A stretch of 64,000 nt of DNA, from contig JALMLS010000156.1 of NCBI GenBank assembly GCA_038496445.1, positions 108,797 through 172,796 on the forward strand, given 5' to 3'. The notes under the pieces were generated by a model. It was not told the origin of the DNA and ran no database searches. It worked only from the letters and a program-made list of their open reading frames with translations. The translations under genes were made by a program, and so were the position numbers. Shown piece after piece: positions 11,991 through 25,940 of the stretch; within the stretch, counting starts at the first letter, position 1; every line of letters starts with the position of its first letter. Source of the stretch: Trichosphaerium sp. ATCC 40318. Lineage: Eukaryota; Protista; Tubulinea.

Positions 11991-12219
11991 CTTTGTTGGA
12001 TAATGCATGTCAAACTAATTCAAAAAAAAAAAGATGAAGAGGAATACTTTCCGAGGAAGGTTTTAAGAGTTTATAACGGTGAATGCTATTGTCAAAGAAC
12101 CTTATTGTCTTGATGATGAAAACCAACGTCAGCAAAACCTTACAGCGGATGAAATGGCGGACCGGGCAAACCTGTAGCATGCACTATTTGTAACGCTAAG
12201 AATTGTCCGAATCATTCAA

Positions 12220-14194
12220 TTCAGTTCAATTTCTATCATTACTTAGCTTTGTAGCTGACTTAACCAAATATCTAACTACGGAAATCTCAAGCTGAATTTG
12301 ATCAGCCTGACATTATCTGAAACAAGGCTTAAGGCATTTTAATTTGCATTGTATCTATTGTGAGCGAACCAAAGTCTATTGAGGTCGTTAATCTATGCGA
12401 ATGGTTGCCAAAAGGTAAACTAGGTAACGGAAAGTGCTTGTATATTCTATGGGTCACAACGAGTTGATGAGCCATGCTTACGAGTTTTCAACTGTGATCG
12501 CTGTTGTGGTGTGGAACCAGCTTGAAAGAGCTATGTAAGTATTGTGAATCTAAGAGGTACACGTTATGGCTCTTGCTAATGCATTAGAGTCCGCCAAAGA
12601 AAGGCAAACGCTATTTTGAACTGAAAGCGCGCCAAAAAGGTTACAATGGCATTGCAGTTATATGACTATGTCTTATATTACATACAAGCCTGTTTGAGAG
12701 CTAAAGTCAACAGAAAATCGCTAACGGTACGATCACGTTTTTTTGAAACCGAAAAGGCAGGTAACAGGTTCAAACCGTCACCAACGCTATGATTCATTTA
12801 CATTATAAAATTGAGGCACGTTTTGAGTGACAAGAGCTTGAGGGAAGCTACAACAGAGAGATCAACCTTTTTTCGGATCAGAACAACACAAAAACACCTT
12901 ACTTTACATTAATAACATACCGCCAGTAAATAAAGCTTGATTACGCAAATTCTCGGTTCTTCGGATTCTTATTATTTTGTATTGACTTTCTATCCATTAT
13001 AAATATAGACTAGTATCAAAATACGCGTAGAAGACACCACATGGGAACGCAGAAACCACTGTAAGTTGCATTAAACTATTTTTTCGAATTTCACATTTGT
13101 TTCTAACAAGCCACTCCCGATTTACTTCATAACTCCACATCTTAAAACCAAGCATCAAAATCCGGATATCTGGCTACCGATTGGACTTGATATGCTTATA
13201 TTACCGTGTACAGCACACTTCAGTTCAATTTCTATCATTACTTAGCTTTGTAGCTGACTTAACCAAATATCTAACTACGGAAATCTACTTGGTTAAAAGC
13301 AAAATGTATTTTTTGACAAGTGCTTAAGGCATTTTAATTTGCAACTATTGTGAGCGAACCAAAGTCTTTGAGGTGTTAATCTATGCGAATGGTGCCAAAA
13401 GGTAAACTAGGTAACGGAAAGTGCTTGTATATTCTATGGGTCACAACGAGTTGATGAGCCATGCTTACGAGTTTTCAACTGTGATCGCTGTTGTGGTGTG
13501 GAACCAGCTTGAAAGAGCTATGTAAGATTGTGAATCTAAGAGGTCTCTTGCTAATGCATTAGAGTCCGCCAAAGAAAGGCAAACGCTATTTTGAACTGAA
13601 AGCGCGCCAAAAAGGTTACAATGGCATTGCAGTTATATGACTATGTCTTATATTACATACAAGCCTGTTTGAGAGCTAAAGTCAACAGAAAATCGCTAAC
13701 GGTACGATCACGTTTTTTTGAAACCGAAAAGGCAGGTAACAGGTTCAAACCGTCACCAACGCTATGATTCATTTACATTATAAAATTGAGGCACGTTTTG
13801 AGTGACAAGAGCTTGAGGGAAGCTACAACAGAGAGATCAACCTTTTTTCGGATCAGAACAACACAAAAACACCTTACTTTACATTAATAACATACCGCCA
13901 GTAAATAAAGCTTGATTACGCAAATTCTCGGTTCTTCGGATTCTTATTATTTTGTATTGACTTTCTATCCATTATAAATATAGACTAGTATCAAAATACG
14001 CGTAGAAGACACCACATGGGAACGCAGAAACCACTGTAAGTTGCATTAAACTATTTTTTCGAATTTCACATTTGTTTCTCAACAAGCCACTCCCGATTTA
14101 CTTCATAACTCCACATCTTAAAACCCAGCATCAAAATCCGTTTATCTACTACCGATTGGACTTGATATGCTTATATTACCGTGTACAGCACACT
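12220..14194. repeat. ~1-kb near-identical tandem duplication (12220-13219 and 13219-14194)
   Basis: Both units begin TTCAGTTCAATTTCTATC and end GTGTACAGCACACT, and are almost identical internally. Confidence 0.95.
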
Positions 14195-14331
14195 GGACCG
14201 GTTTTCTCAAAAACCGTAGCAAACCACAATTTTTTTGCAACAAGAAATTACTTGGTTAAAAGCAAAATGTATTTTTTTACTAGTGGAAGCATAAGAATAC
14301 TACAACTATAATATCTATACTTCTGCTTGAC

Positions 14332-14601
14332 ATGTCAAGACTACTCCGAGCAGTGCGAAAGTACGCTCGTAAAAAATATGATTCTCTCCTGGGCAGACCA
14401 TTAGTGATTAAAGTCACGGTCACAGTCCCTAAAAGCATCCTGGTTCACACCAGACCAAACTACACCTACGCTCTGACTTGGGACCCACAGGTAGAAGACC
14501 TCTACTACCCACCTACAGGCGTATCAAATATCATAATGATATCCAGCTATGACACAGATCTAGCAAAAATGGCATTCGAAGGCGGAAGCCCAAGAATGTG
14601 A
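14332..14601 (+). CDS. orphan intronless 89-aa ORF followed directly by an A-rich tail (possible retroposed sequence)
   Basis: Clean ATG-TGA ORF, more GC-rich than its flanks; the stop runs straight into the A/C tract. Confidence 0.45.
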   Translation: MSRLLRAVRKYARKKYDSLLGRPLVIKVTVTVPKSILVHTRPNYTYALTWDPQVEDLYYPPTGVSNIIMISSYDTDLAKMAFEGGSPRM

Positions 14602-14703
14602 AAAAAAAAAACAAACCAAAAAAAAAAAAAAAAAAAACCAAAAAAAAACCAAAAAAAAAACCAAAAAAAAAACAAAAAAAAAACCAAAAAAAACCCAAAA
14701 AAA
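14602..14703 (+). repeat. A-rich tract, A runs punctuated by C/CC
   Basis: Seen directly. Confidence 0.95.
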
Positions 14704-16659
14704 TTTTGCTAGAAAATCCTTTACAACACCGAGCGTTTGTAGTACTAACCTTTAAATGATAGGTTCAACTGCTATCTATCTATATCTCCATTATGCCTCC
14801 ATATCAGAAGTGACAAGTGGTTTTTTTGGAGCGAAGCTGCGTGTGGAAGCTACTGATATCCTGTCAGCAACAAATGTAAACTTGAATAAAGTGTCCAAGT
14901 TCAATATCGGTTTTCTTTATTTTCCTTTCTTTTGAACTTCTTACAAAGACCCAAACAACACTTTAACTGCCGCAGCTGCACTCAACACGACATACAAATT
15001 TGATTATAATTACACTTGTGATGATAATATTCACTATTTTTTATATCAGTGGTTGCACCGTTATTTCTCGATTGCGTTCATTGAATGTTTCGAGAGTACA
15101 GTGTGCTTCGAGTTGTCCTGTGTCTCAATATATCTTTCGTACTATATGCACTATGATGTATCTTACTTTTATACAGGTATCTAACAATTAGATTCACGCG
15201 TTCTTGTTGATCTACAATACCAGATTGGAGGAGAGAATACGTCTCACTCAGCTTCAATCCCCTGGATCACGTAGCCAGAGACCCTTCTCATGTATTAAAT
15301 TGGAGTTATTTCTTGTACATATACAACAAATTACATAAATCAATTGAAACATTCAATCAATCAACACAAAAACTTTTTGAATCGTAATCTGCCATTGTAT
15401 AGAACTGCTACTTGCTGATGTTGTTTTACGATACTACCGTACTTAAACAACTACCTCTCACTTATCAAACGCCAGTAAAATACTTATTTATACTGTCATT
15501 TTTTTGAAAAGAGACCAGTTTCTTAAAATGGAAATAGTCTTCAAATCCAGTTGTCACTTTCTCCGCTTTTGATTGGCAATGAAACAAACGTCTGAACAGC
15601 TTTACATAGTCTCAACACATTAAAATACATCTACATACCTCACATGGAATAATTATGAGCGTAGTAGTTGCGGTATGGGTTTTTTCGCCTGAAAGCGTTT
15701 ATTTCACTATAAAACGCTGTAAAACACGGGATAAAGCCTTGTTGGCTTCGCAATTGTGATTCTAATACTATCATCGATCTATTTCGCTGGTATTTGTCCC
15801 ACTAATGATAAATCAATTGTGAGTGCGTGCAAAAAGGTCAGAATGGACAAATACTCATTTGGGTACTAAGTAATTCAAAATCTTATTTCAAAATCAAGAA
15901 AAAAATGTGTTTGCTTACCTTTACCTAGTACGACTCTGTCTGGTTGTATACTGGGAATAGGATCATCCATACATGGCTGCTTACCTTTCAACCGACATCA
16001 TACTAAATTCACTTTTCCAAAGGTACACCAGAAAAAAGCGAGATTGCTTATTCTTTGCTGTTGAGAGGTTCTTTATTATGTTCAGTTGCAAACTGGGCTA
16101 ACTTGATTAGTTCATCTTTGGCGTTGTTGCATCTAATTACCTTGTTACCTCTGGTATAGGTACTATTCAATATAAGGTTTGGTCTATCCATGAAAAGGGA
16201 GGTACATTACCATCAGGCACTCTTGTTCGTATTTACTACGTACGCACCCAAAATTCTCACTATGTACTTATTTTGTCACTATCCTCACCTTTTTCCTAGA
16301 TGTTGATCGCTTTCAATGCCTTAGCAAGTTCATTAATGAGCGGTTTACAAGCAAGCCTTCATTTATTTGAAGCATCAGGAGAACTAGATGACAACTCGCC
16401 GCCTTATATTGCCATGATGGCTGCAAAAAAAACCGTTTAAAAATGTACCAATAAATCCTGCTGTAATTTTCCCAACAACTCAAACACCCTTGCAAACAGA
16501 TCTGTTTCTTGTATAGCTTTTTATTATTCATTACATTGAGGCTTTGTACTTTTATAAACCATTCACTAGCGATGGAAAAAACACTTTGCTTGAATTAAAT
16601 TGACTTGTTAAAAGTTAAGGGGTTCTACTGAGTCTCAAGTCACTATATTCATATAGTAA

Positions 16660-17335
16660 TAATAGTACCATCAGGAGCCCATTCCTGTACTTCTCCTTTG
16701 AAGAATCCATCATTCACAACACCTGATGTACATAGCTGGCATTCTCATACCACTCTTTTACCATGCCATGCGGTCTAACGTCGAAGAATGTATGCTCGCT
16801 CTTCTTTTTACCATTTGTATGGTATTTTGTCTCGATGGCGCGACGCTTACCTTGCCACATGAACCTTTTAACAGAGCTAGTTGACCATCGAATACCAAGC
16901 TTTACAAATACCTTCCCGTAAACCGCCTTTGAACAGACATTCTTCTCCAAGTTGTCCGTTCTCACACCACTGTTTATACTCTCCTTCTATTTCCCATTTT
17001 TATGACATGTACGAGTATTCAACTGACCGCTCTCGTAAAACTGTTTGTGTTCGCGTTCCTCTTTATCATTTTCAAAAAAGATTGAACCTTTAATTGCCAT
17101 TGTTGTGATATGTTTTGAACACACTGTTGCGCTTATTATTTTTACACGAGCATGCAGTACTTATTCTACCATTATCGTGCCATTTGTACCATACAGATTT
17201 GTTTAGATGAGAATCAAAGTGCGTACTTAACGCAACTTTCTTTGATAAAAGATGAAAACTATTGAATGTTTCCAGGTCGTATACACCTGCCGAGATCTTA
17301 CGACTTAATATCCCCATTCATAAGAATCAATCACA
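16660..17335 (-). pseudogene. intronless MORN-variant (MORN_2/YwqK-like) repeat pseudogene
   Basis: Repeats in shifting frames: YKWHDNGRI, FKTYHNNGN*, GEYKQWCENGQLGEECLFKGGLREG, KYHTNGKKKSEHTF, GMVKEWYEN, GEVQEWAPDG. Contains stops and frameshifts. Confidence 0.8.
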
Positions 17336-18949
17336 TGGTTTAAAAACAGTACGTAGTTTGTCATGGCGTGTCATGGCGTGCCGTTTAGTGTACATTACAA
17401 CATTTTCTGGTTTAACAAGCTTGTACACAACTTATCACGCGTTACAATTCATAAAGGATCTTCTACAACACTTCGTTTATCATACTAACGATTTTAGTAG
17501 CGAAAGTTTCAAAAAACGACCAATCAATAGGCGCAACGTTGGATTCAACACAAAGGGTACATATTTAAGTGTCTGCCCGGTTGCTTGAATTTTGCGTGTG
17601 TATTATGTGACAACTCCAAAGATCCATAACTGAAGCCACATCTATTTTATTGCCCTAGCACTAATCTTGTAGACATTTTAGAGTCTTACAATGACTACAA
17701 GTGTATGCATTACTACTAAACTCTCAAATTTCAGTTCGTAGGGAAATGTATGTCACTCATTTTAATGACATTGATATTCTCAATGGGGTCTTGTATTGAA
17801 CACTCTATGTCACTTGCCTATACAGCAACCATATCACGTTATTTTGTATTATCTCAGGTGGTGCGTGATCAATTCATGGACACTGCTAAAAAAAGCAGAA
17901 AAATGTGGACGCTGTGAATTTCGTCATGTCCCGGCCTATCAAATGCTTCAATATGAGATTTTGCTGTTTGTATACAATATTGAGCATGATTCCCATACCT
18001 GTAAAAAGAAACAAACAATTAAAAGTTGACTGCTGTGTGTATGGTTGCGTTGAAAAAAGTTGAAATTCTTATGAACCGGGAGTTTTTTTCCTATGAACCC
18101 GCCAGTACACATATTTCTTTTTGTATATTACGTGGCAGATTATCTAATGTTAGAGTAGACATAGCAACTAGTTAGATAGTGAGCTAAAGTATCAGAATAA
18201 CATGAGGAGAAAAGTCATAAAAAAACAAGAAAAGAAAAATGGTCTTGGTTGTAGTTGAAAACGTGATTTTTTTGCAGCAGTGAAAGGTTATGTAATCAAA
18301 TTTTCTAGATTATGACATCTTCAAACAAGAGGCGAGGCCGTAACCAGAGTGTCACTTAGTACCAAAGGTCAGTTGTACACAGAACCTATTTGAGAAGTTT
18401 TGGTGATTCTTTAGTTGTTAGGTGGCTACAAAGTTGCTCAACTCAAATGAGCATTGTTATTCCAGTGCGTCGATTACTGCGTGTATATAAGCCATTTATT
18501 ACGGTGCCTTCTTCATAGTACTCCAAGATATTCAACACCTAGAACATAAAGTGAATACAGTGTGCATATATTTCAGTGCTTTCTGGCGTTCTAACAACCA
18601 ACAGTAACAAAAGTAAGATTGACTTGTTTCTTGTAGCACAAGGCGACTTTGATTTGTTGTTTTTAGTATTTTCGTTCGTCCAAACATGGGTTAAGTTCGT
18701 TTTAAGTCAATAAGTAATTGTCAACGGTTGAAAGCAACAATTGTTTGATGTCAAAACGTAAACTGTACAGTACAAAGGGTTTGCACTACTTTTCGCTCCA
18801 TAGCTACATTTCGAAGAATACATTTTAGCGCCGTTTGGCCAAACAAACATACTTGCCAAATAGGGTTTATTTTGGTTGAGAACGTGGCTCTACTCAATTG
18901 TTGCGAAAAGTAGTGCAAACCCACGACACGGTTGGTTTTTTGCTGACAT

Positions 18950-19716
18950 TTCTAACCCAGGCGCTCGCAAACTCAACAAAGCACAGGAAAATGGTAAGTT
19001 AAAACATTTTATACCTTTCTTCCAGACGTTGCCTCATTTAAGGCTTGTTACAGACTCGGATGGCGAACACGCTACAAAAAAGCGCAAAAGAGTGAAGAAG
19101 AGTACACCTTGTTTCGTTTCGTTCTTACTTATAGCGTCTTAGAGGTTATTAAGATTGCTCCAAGTAAAAAACGGCGACGAGAACCCAGTACGTTTTCTTT
19201 GTGACTCGTGATTTACCTTCAAATCAACAACAATTTCTAAACTGTTTTTTTAACGGAAAAGCATTTGGTCAATAACAGTACAACTCTACAACTTCTTCAA
19301 CAACTTGAAGTGTCAATAAAACATGCTAAATGCAATCTACAGGAGAAACAGAAATAAAGTTTAATGGTGCTGTCGTTGGCAGTCCCACCTCAACGACAAG
19401 GTATGTATGCATAACTGCAACAGCCCCGGAGCCAGAAAGGTCCCATTACTTCATTCAGTACGATGGCAACGAACAGTGTCTAGAAAGATTGCAAATAGTG
19501 TGCAATGAATCACCGTTTGAAAATCGTTTCGACTTGAACGCGAAAATAGTATTCAGTGACAGGGAAGTTAACAAGATATCGGTTGCACTGAAGGAATGGA
19601 ATACAGACTTTAAAAAATGTGCTGGGATTTTGGTATTGCCTGCTAAAGATTCAGATAAAGACGAATCACTGTGCGACATCATTAGCAATATCATGTCAGG
19701 AAAATACATCAAATAA
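18950..19716 (+). CDS. hypothetical multi-exon protein with basic NLS-like exons (5' end unresolved)
   Basis: GT-AG-bounded exons ATKKRKRVKK and PSKKRRREP, then a ~125-aa terminal exon ending at 19716. Confidence 0.55.
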
Positions 19717-20065
19717 ACTTACATGATCTAGCCCAAAGCTTTTGCAACAAATGCTCACAAAACATGTCACAGAATACAGTCATTGAGTTAATTCGCCCTT
19801 CTCTTATAGCAATTGCTGTGCCTATTCAGTAAGCAAATAGATTCCTCATTCTAACAATCTTGCAAGATTTGGTTTATTGCGCCTGTGATTATTTCCTTTT
19901 CTCGCCCTGTACAAAGTGGCACTTAGAAGGTGTAATGCAAGTACTAGATGATACAATAGACCTCAAAGCTTTGCACAAAGAGCACAATCAAATTTGCTTT
20001 TGTTACATGTTAAGTCGTGCGAAACGTTTATTTTTCTGATTGTTTATCGCACCACTCATCTTTGT

Positions 20066-21348
20066 ATGGGAAATACTACCTTGAGCACTTACGGTTTTGA
20101 TGATTCAGGTTTAAGAAACGAAAAAGTGATTTTTACGCCTGTTCCTCCTTTACCCGACTCCTCTGATGGCGAATGGATACCTTTATCCCTTATTTCGTTC
20201 AATATACCCTTAGGTAAACTTTACACGTGTAAATAAGCATTAACAACATTCTCAAGGCGGTAGCAGTGATCCTAGAAATCACTGGGCGTACAGAAAAGGT
20301 AATATTGAAACAAACAGAAAAACATCACTAACACCATTTAGCTATGATCTCCCAAGTTGCTCTGACGGTAACTACCTATTTTATAACTCTGGTTAGTGAC
20401 CTGTATGTTTAATTTGAGCGTAGTATGACATTGATATCATTGCTTTCCAAGAGCCTCATGAAGAACAAACAAAGTACATTGCATCAACTCTTTCTGGTAT
20501 GTCACTGGAATCTGTTAAAACGTTTTTTTCACCTTTCACAGAAAAATATGAGTTTTATGGACGTGGTAGAGAGATTAATGGAGGTTCGTAGATTGCGCTT
20601 ACAAAGACAAGGCTAAGTTTTTGCAACAGGAAGTGAGTATCAACCGATTTTTTTCAAACGAAATCGTTTTGATTTGGTGTCTTCTGGTGTATTCTGGTTG
20701 AGCGAAACGGAAGCACCTGGTAGTAAAGGTATTATTACTATCGGATGTACAAAAATTCTCGTGTACTAATACGTACTAAGGCTGGGATGCAGCGTGCACA
20801 AGACAAACCACATGGGTTAAACTATTAGATAAAAAGTTCTGTTTTTAATGTAGCTTTCTAGTAATGTAACTTTCTAGGCTTAATTCAGAGATTCTGGTAC
20901 TTAACACTCATTGGGATCATGTGGGCGTAGTAGCAAGAAAAGAAAGTGGACCAGTCATAAGAAAACATGCGCAGAAGTTGTCAAACAATTGGTAGAACTT
21001 CCCTACAAGTGGTTTTTCATCAATTATTTTAGGAATATACCTGTCATTCTTGCTGGAGACTTCAACTGTGGTATGAATGATGTGAAAGGATTAGATATGA
21101 TACCTTGTAAGACACAAACAGCGAATAAGTTTTCGAAACATTACAATACGTTTTGTGGCTGGAATAATGAACACAACTACGAAATTGATCACGTGTTTTA
21201 CAAATCAAAGGATGCTTCACTCAACCCCTTACAATATGGCGTATTACAATGTCCATATACGTCAGGGAGGTTAATGTCCGATCATAGTATAGTCTACGTT
21301 GTAGTAAGTGATAATTTCAACGCGCCCAATAATAACCTTTTCCAATAG
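20066..21348 (+). CDS. endonuclease/exonuclease/phosphatase (EEP) family protein
   Basis: SFNI, DIIAFQE, FWLSET..GSKGWDAA..R, NTHWDH, LAGDFN, IDHVF and SDH motifs. Confidence 0.92.
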
Positions 21349-22093
21349 TTTTCGCATCTAAATTCCAACGAAACAGCGCCTCCGTCTGATCTTGATAGTG
21401 AGCTAGCTCAGGCATTGGCACTATCACTTGAAGTTTACAATAAAGAACAGAAAGACGTGGGAGATGAAGAAGATGAAGATGATGACGAATTAAACAAAGC
21501 ACTGGAGTTGTCTTTACAATTGCAACAATAGTTTGTACATCCATTAATTAATTGCATATACAGATACCAGTTTTAGGGCGTTATGCTATTTAGAGATCGC
21601 GTTATTATACAACCGTTCAAACTGTTGTTGATTCCTAAGTATTCATGTTCACGAAAAAAAGAAAAGTGAAAATATGTATCACGTGCTCTATTTTTATTTT
21701 CTCGCTTGTCTAGAAAGTGGTTCAAACAACTGTTTTCAAGGGCGGCGGCATTTTTTCACATTTGTAGCTTATAACAAATGGTTGTTAGTCCAGCCCTGTC
21801 CATCAAGTTTATAATTGATGATATTGTCTTTAACCTCAAATAAAACTGTCACAAATACATGTACATTTTATTCTGGAAATGTGCATCTACTTCACAGCAA
21901 TTATGTTTTTCGCAATTGTCTTATTGTCATGTTAACAAGTCCCTAAGTGTCTACAGTGGCTGGAATATTTGTTGCTTCAACAACAAAAAAAGTAAGAATT
22001 GACACGTGTTATCGCGTTTTTACCATATTAGAATACTGCTGACTGTGTTTCCATAGTGTTTATTAGCAATAACTACAACACAAACAACAAGCA

Positions 22094-23397
22094 ATGCTTA
22101 AAGGACAAGTAATACAAGTACGATAGATACGTTCAATACTGTTGTTGTCAAATTTCCCTTTTGCTCCACAGCATACACCTTTTTGTAATGCTCATATCGA
22201 GAACATAAACCCGTTTGTTTTCAAAATGGCGTATTGCTACTATGACGTGCCTCTGTTTACACTTTTTTCTTCATTTTTCCCCAACACTTTTATTATCTTT
22301 TGGAAAGACTTGTCTTTCTTACACTTTAACAAGGTAACTGGCGCCACTTCTGGTATTGGAGAAGCTGTAGCTATTGCCTGTGCTAGAGAAGGTACTGTTA
22401 AACTTGTTTTGTCACTACATGCTTTTCTCACGTGATAAGGTGCGATGGTTTCTATGTGTGGTCGAAGAAAAGAAAAAGGAGACAGTATTGTGAGTACCAT
22501 TACCAAGAACGGAGGTACAGCAATGTTCACAGTTTGCGATGTTTCCAAGGAGTCTGGTACGTTTATTTACGTATACAACCGGTGTCTAATACGTACAAAC
22601 ACAGATGTTATTGGGTTCATGGAAGAAACTGTTGGCGCTTATGGAAGAATCGATGGAACTGTAAGACTTGAATTATTTTCGTATTTTCTTATTTTCTTAC
22701 TTTGCATGTTTAGTTCAACAATGCTGGCTTTCTTGGTCCTAAAACGTTCATTGCTGATCTATCCGAGAAAGAATTCGATGTGAGCATTTCTTTTTCGCCT
22801 TGTTCGATTGTACTGACCAATTGGTATTAGAACATTTTAGGTGTGAACCTTAAAGGCACATTATTTTGTGTCAAACATCAAATCGCTCAAATGAAAAAAC
22901 AAGAACCTAAAGGTGGAAGCATACTGAACAACAGCTCATGCACATCCACTATGGTACCCATTTCATATATAATGATGTATTTCTTTAATGCAATCAAAGG
23001 CCGTACCAGGACATTCTGCATACGTTATGACCAAGGCAGCAGTTGATGCGCTATCCAAGGTACTTTAGTGTACAAACAGATTTTTGCTAAACAAGTATCA
23101 AAGAATGCAGCAAAGGAAGTGGGAGAATTCAATATTCGTGTGAATAGTATTCATCCAGGACCTTTCCCAACTGAGATATTTAGTGAAGTTGACAAGGGTA
23201 TGCTTGATGCTCTTGTGTACGTCAACATATTTTGAAACAAAAGTTCAAGTTTTAACTGGTAGCTAAGGTCAATGACTGCATTGAAGAAGCTTGGAGACCT
23301 TGACGATCTTGCTCAAGCGGTTATGCTATTATTATCATCAAAAGGAAAGTATTTCACAGGATCTCAGATACTTGTTGACGGTGGAATGAGTTTATAA
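22094..23397 (+). CDS. classical short-chain dehydrogenase/reductase, copy 1
   Basis: MLKGQVIQ|VTGATSGIG, FNNAG, NNSS, YVMTK, RVNSIHPG, TGSQILVDGG; multi-exon. Confidence 0.95.
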
Positions 23398-23485
23398 GTT
23401 AGATTAGAATAAAAGTGTTTATTGTTGACAAATACAGTTCTGTATTATTGTTATGAACCACTAGCATATTAAATCGTTCAGTGTG

Positions 23486-23797
23486 TTATGCTTTATTGAC
23501 AGCAGTGATAGCAGCCACCACTTGTTCCTTGGTTGGTGTTGCGTTTGCTGGAGCAGTGATTGATTGATCTTTGTAGGTCAGAGTTGGATGAGAGCCAGCA
23601 TAAACGCCTTTGATCCAAACAGCTTTGCCGTTGTCAATAATTTGAACATCGTACCATACAGCTTCAAGACCTTCAGCTTTTGTAGTATTTTGTTGTTCTG
23701 CATCAAGTTCCTTGACAAGAAAACCTTCACCAGCGGTTGTTATTCGAACAAAGACATTGTTGTTGGCAAAGTTGGCAATTGAGATTGATCCGCCCAT
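23486..23797 (-). CDS. small intronless MGGSIS-family protein, copy 1 (103 aa, predicted N-myristoylation)
   Basis: Intact ORF with two paralogs in the window; MGxxxS motif. Confidence 0.85.
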   Translation of the reverse strand: MGGSISIANFANNNVFVRITTAGEGFLVKELDAEQQNTTKAEGLEAVWYDVQIIDNGKAVWIKGVYAGSHPTLTYKDQSITAPANATPTKEQVVAAITAVNKA

Positions 23798-24780
23798 TTG
23801 GTTTATTTTGAGTTGTTGAGAAGTGTTGTTGCTTTGGTTGGTTTGAATTTTTGTGTTTTGATCGTTTTTCTTTCGTGTGTACAGATTTGAACGTCAAATC
23901 CTTTGTTTGATGAATAGGATTTGGGCGTGTACATTTTATTTGGGTTGTTCTGAGATAGTTAAACTGTACTATATACTGACTATCCTAGTTATTTAATGAC
24001 ACTGCAAAACACTCATAATGGTGGTACCACTATTTCCATTAAAATAAAACCTCACCTGAATTATCGTCAGTTCAATGATTGCTTGGTTACTTCCATGCCT
24101 TTGCGTTTGTACAGTTCAACTAACAGTGATAATGCCTGATCTATCTATCAGGTTGTTGATGTTGTCATCACTATCGTAGAATGTTTGTGGGCATTTTGTT
24201 CGTCTTCACGGCACTATATCACCCAGAAGTCTCCAGCAAAGAACAACATTTTTGGTGGGTATTTTTTGTATTTTGTTCTTCGTTCTCCTGTGTACAAGTA
24301 TTTGAATGTCTAATCCTTTGTTTGATGAATAGGATTTGCATTTTATTTTGTGAGTAGCTAAACTGTAGTTTATGCTGACTATCCTATTTATTTGGCACTC
24401 ATTCACAGTTTAATTTTCAGCAAAACACCGTTGGCAGTAGTGTAAACTACAAGTTTCGTAGATCACGTGAACTTCACATGTTCACTAAAAACAATTCTAA
24501 CAGTTTTTTGAAGTGGTTAGTTAAAGAAAAAGTATAACAAACTTATGGCGTTATTTCTTATTTAACGGTTCAATGATTGAACAGTTCCTATCTTGACTTG
24601 GAAATTACCAACAATTTAAAGTCAACGCCATCAAATCCTATGCAGCAAACAGAATTTGACATTCAATGTACCGCAAAGAAAAACAAATAACAACCTTAAC
24701 ATGATACAAATGGATCAGGATTTTATTGTAGTGTAACGTTAATTGTTCAAAAGCAAACAACTTTTTATTGTGTTTCTAAC

Positions 24781-25940
24781 TTATATACTCATTCCACCGT
24801 CAACAAGTATCTGAGATCCAGTAACATACTTTCCTTTTGGTGATAATAGTAGCATAACCATTTGAGCAAGATCGTCAAGGTCTCCCACCTTCTTCAATGC
24901 AGTCATTGACCTTAGTAACCAGTTAGAAAGTGAATGTTTTTTTAAGCTGTAGCAACGTACGCGAGAAAATCAAGCATACCCTTGTCGACTTCACTAAATA
25001 TCTCAGTTGAGAAAGGGCCTGGACGGATACTATTCACACGAATATTGAATTCTCCCACTTCCTTCGCTGCATTCTTTGATACTTGTTTAGCAAAACATCT
25101 TTATCATTAATAGTACCTTTGATAGAGCATCAACTGCTGCCTTGGTCATAATGTATGCAGAATGTCCTGGTACGGCCTTTCGCTGTATTAAAGGAATATT
25201 TTCAATGAGACAGGTACCATAGTGGATATACTTGAGCTGTTGTTCAGTATGCTTCCACCTTTAGGTTCTTGTTTTTTCATTTGAGCGATTTGATGTTTGA
25301 CACAAAATAATGTGCCTTTAAGGTTCACACCTAAAATGTTCTAATACCAATTGGTCAGTACAATCGAACAAGGCGAAAAAGAAATACTCACATCGAATTC
25401 TTTCTCGGATAGATCAGCAATGAACGTTTTAGGACCAAGAAAGCCAGCATTGTTGAACTAAACAGGCAAGTAAGAAAATAATAAAATGCGAAATAATTCA
25501 AGTCTTACAGTTCCATCGATTCTTCCATAAGCGCCAACAGTTTCTTCCATGAACCCAATAACATCTGTGTTTGTACGTATTAGACACCGGTTGTATACGT
25601 AAATAAACGTACCAGACTCCTTGGAAACATCGCAAACTGTGAACATTGCTGTACCTCCGTTCTTGGTAATGGTACTCACAATACTGTCTCCTTTTTCTTT
25701 TCTTCGACCACACATAGAAACCATAGCACCTTATCACGTGAGAAAAGCATGTAGTGACAAAACAAGTTTAACAGTACCTTCTCTAGCGCAGGCAATAGCT
25801 ACAGCTTCTCCAATACCAGAAGTGGCGCCAGTTACCTTGTTAAAGTGTAAGAACAAGACGTGGAGCAATAGGGAAGGTTGAGCTGCTGTGACATAGTTTG
25901 AGCGTATCTATCGTACTTGTATTACTTGTCCTTTAAGCAT
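24781..25940 (-). CDS. SDR copy 2
   Basis: Near-identical to copy 1; intron 1 is shortened to 81 nt; ends GGMSI*. Confidence 0.93.

Noticed and set aside
14750-16530. Exon-like fragments on both strands
   Set aside because: No consistent spliced frame or recognisable motif could be assembled.
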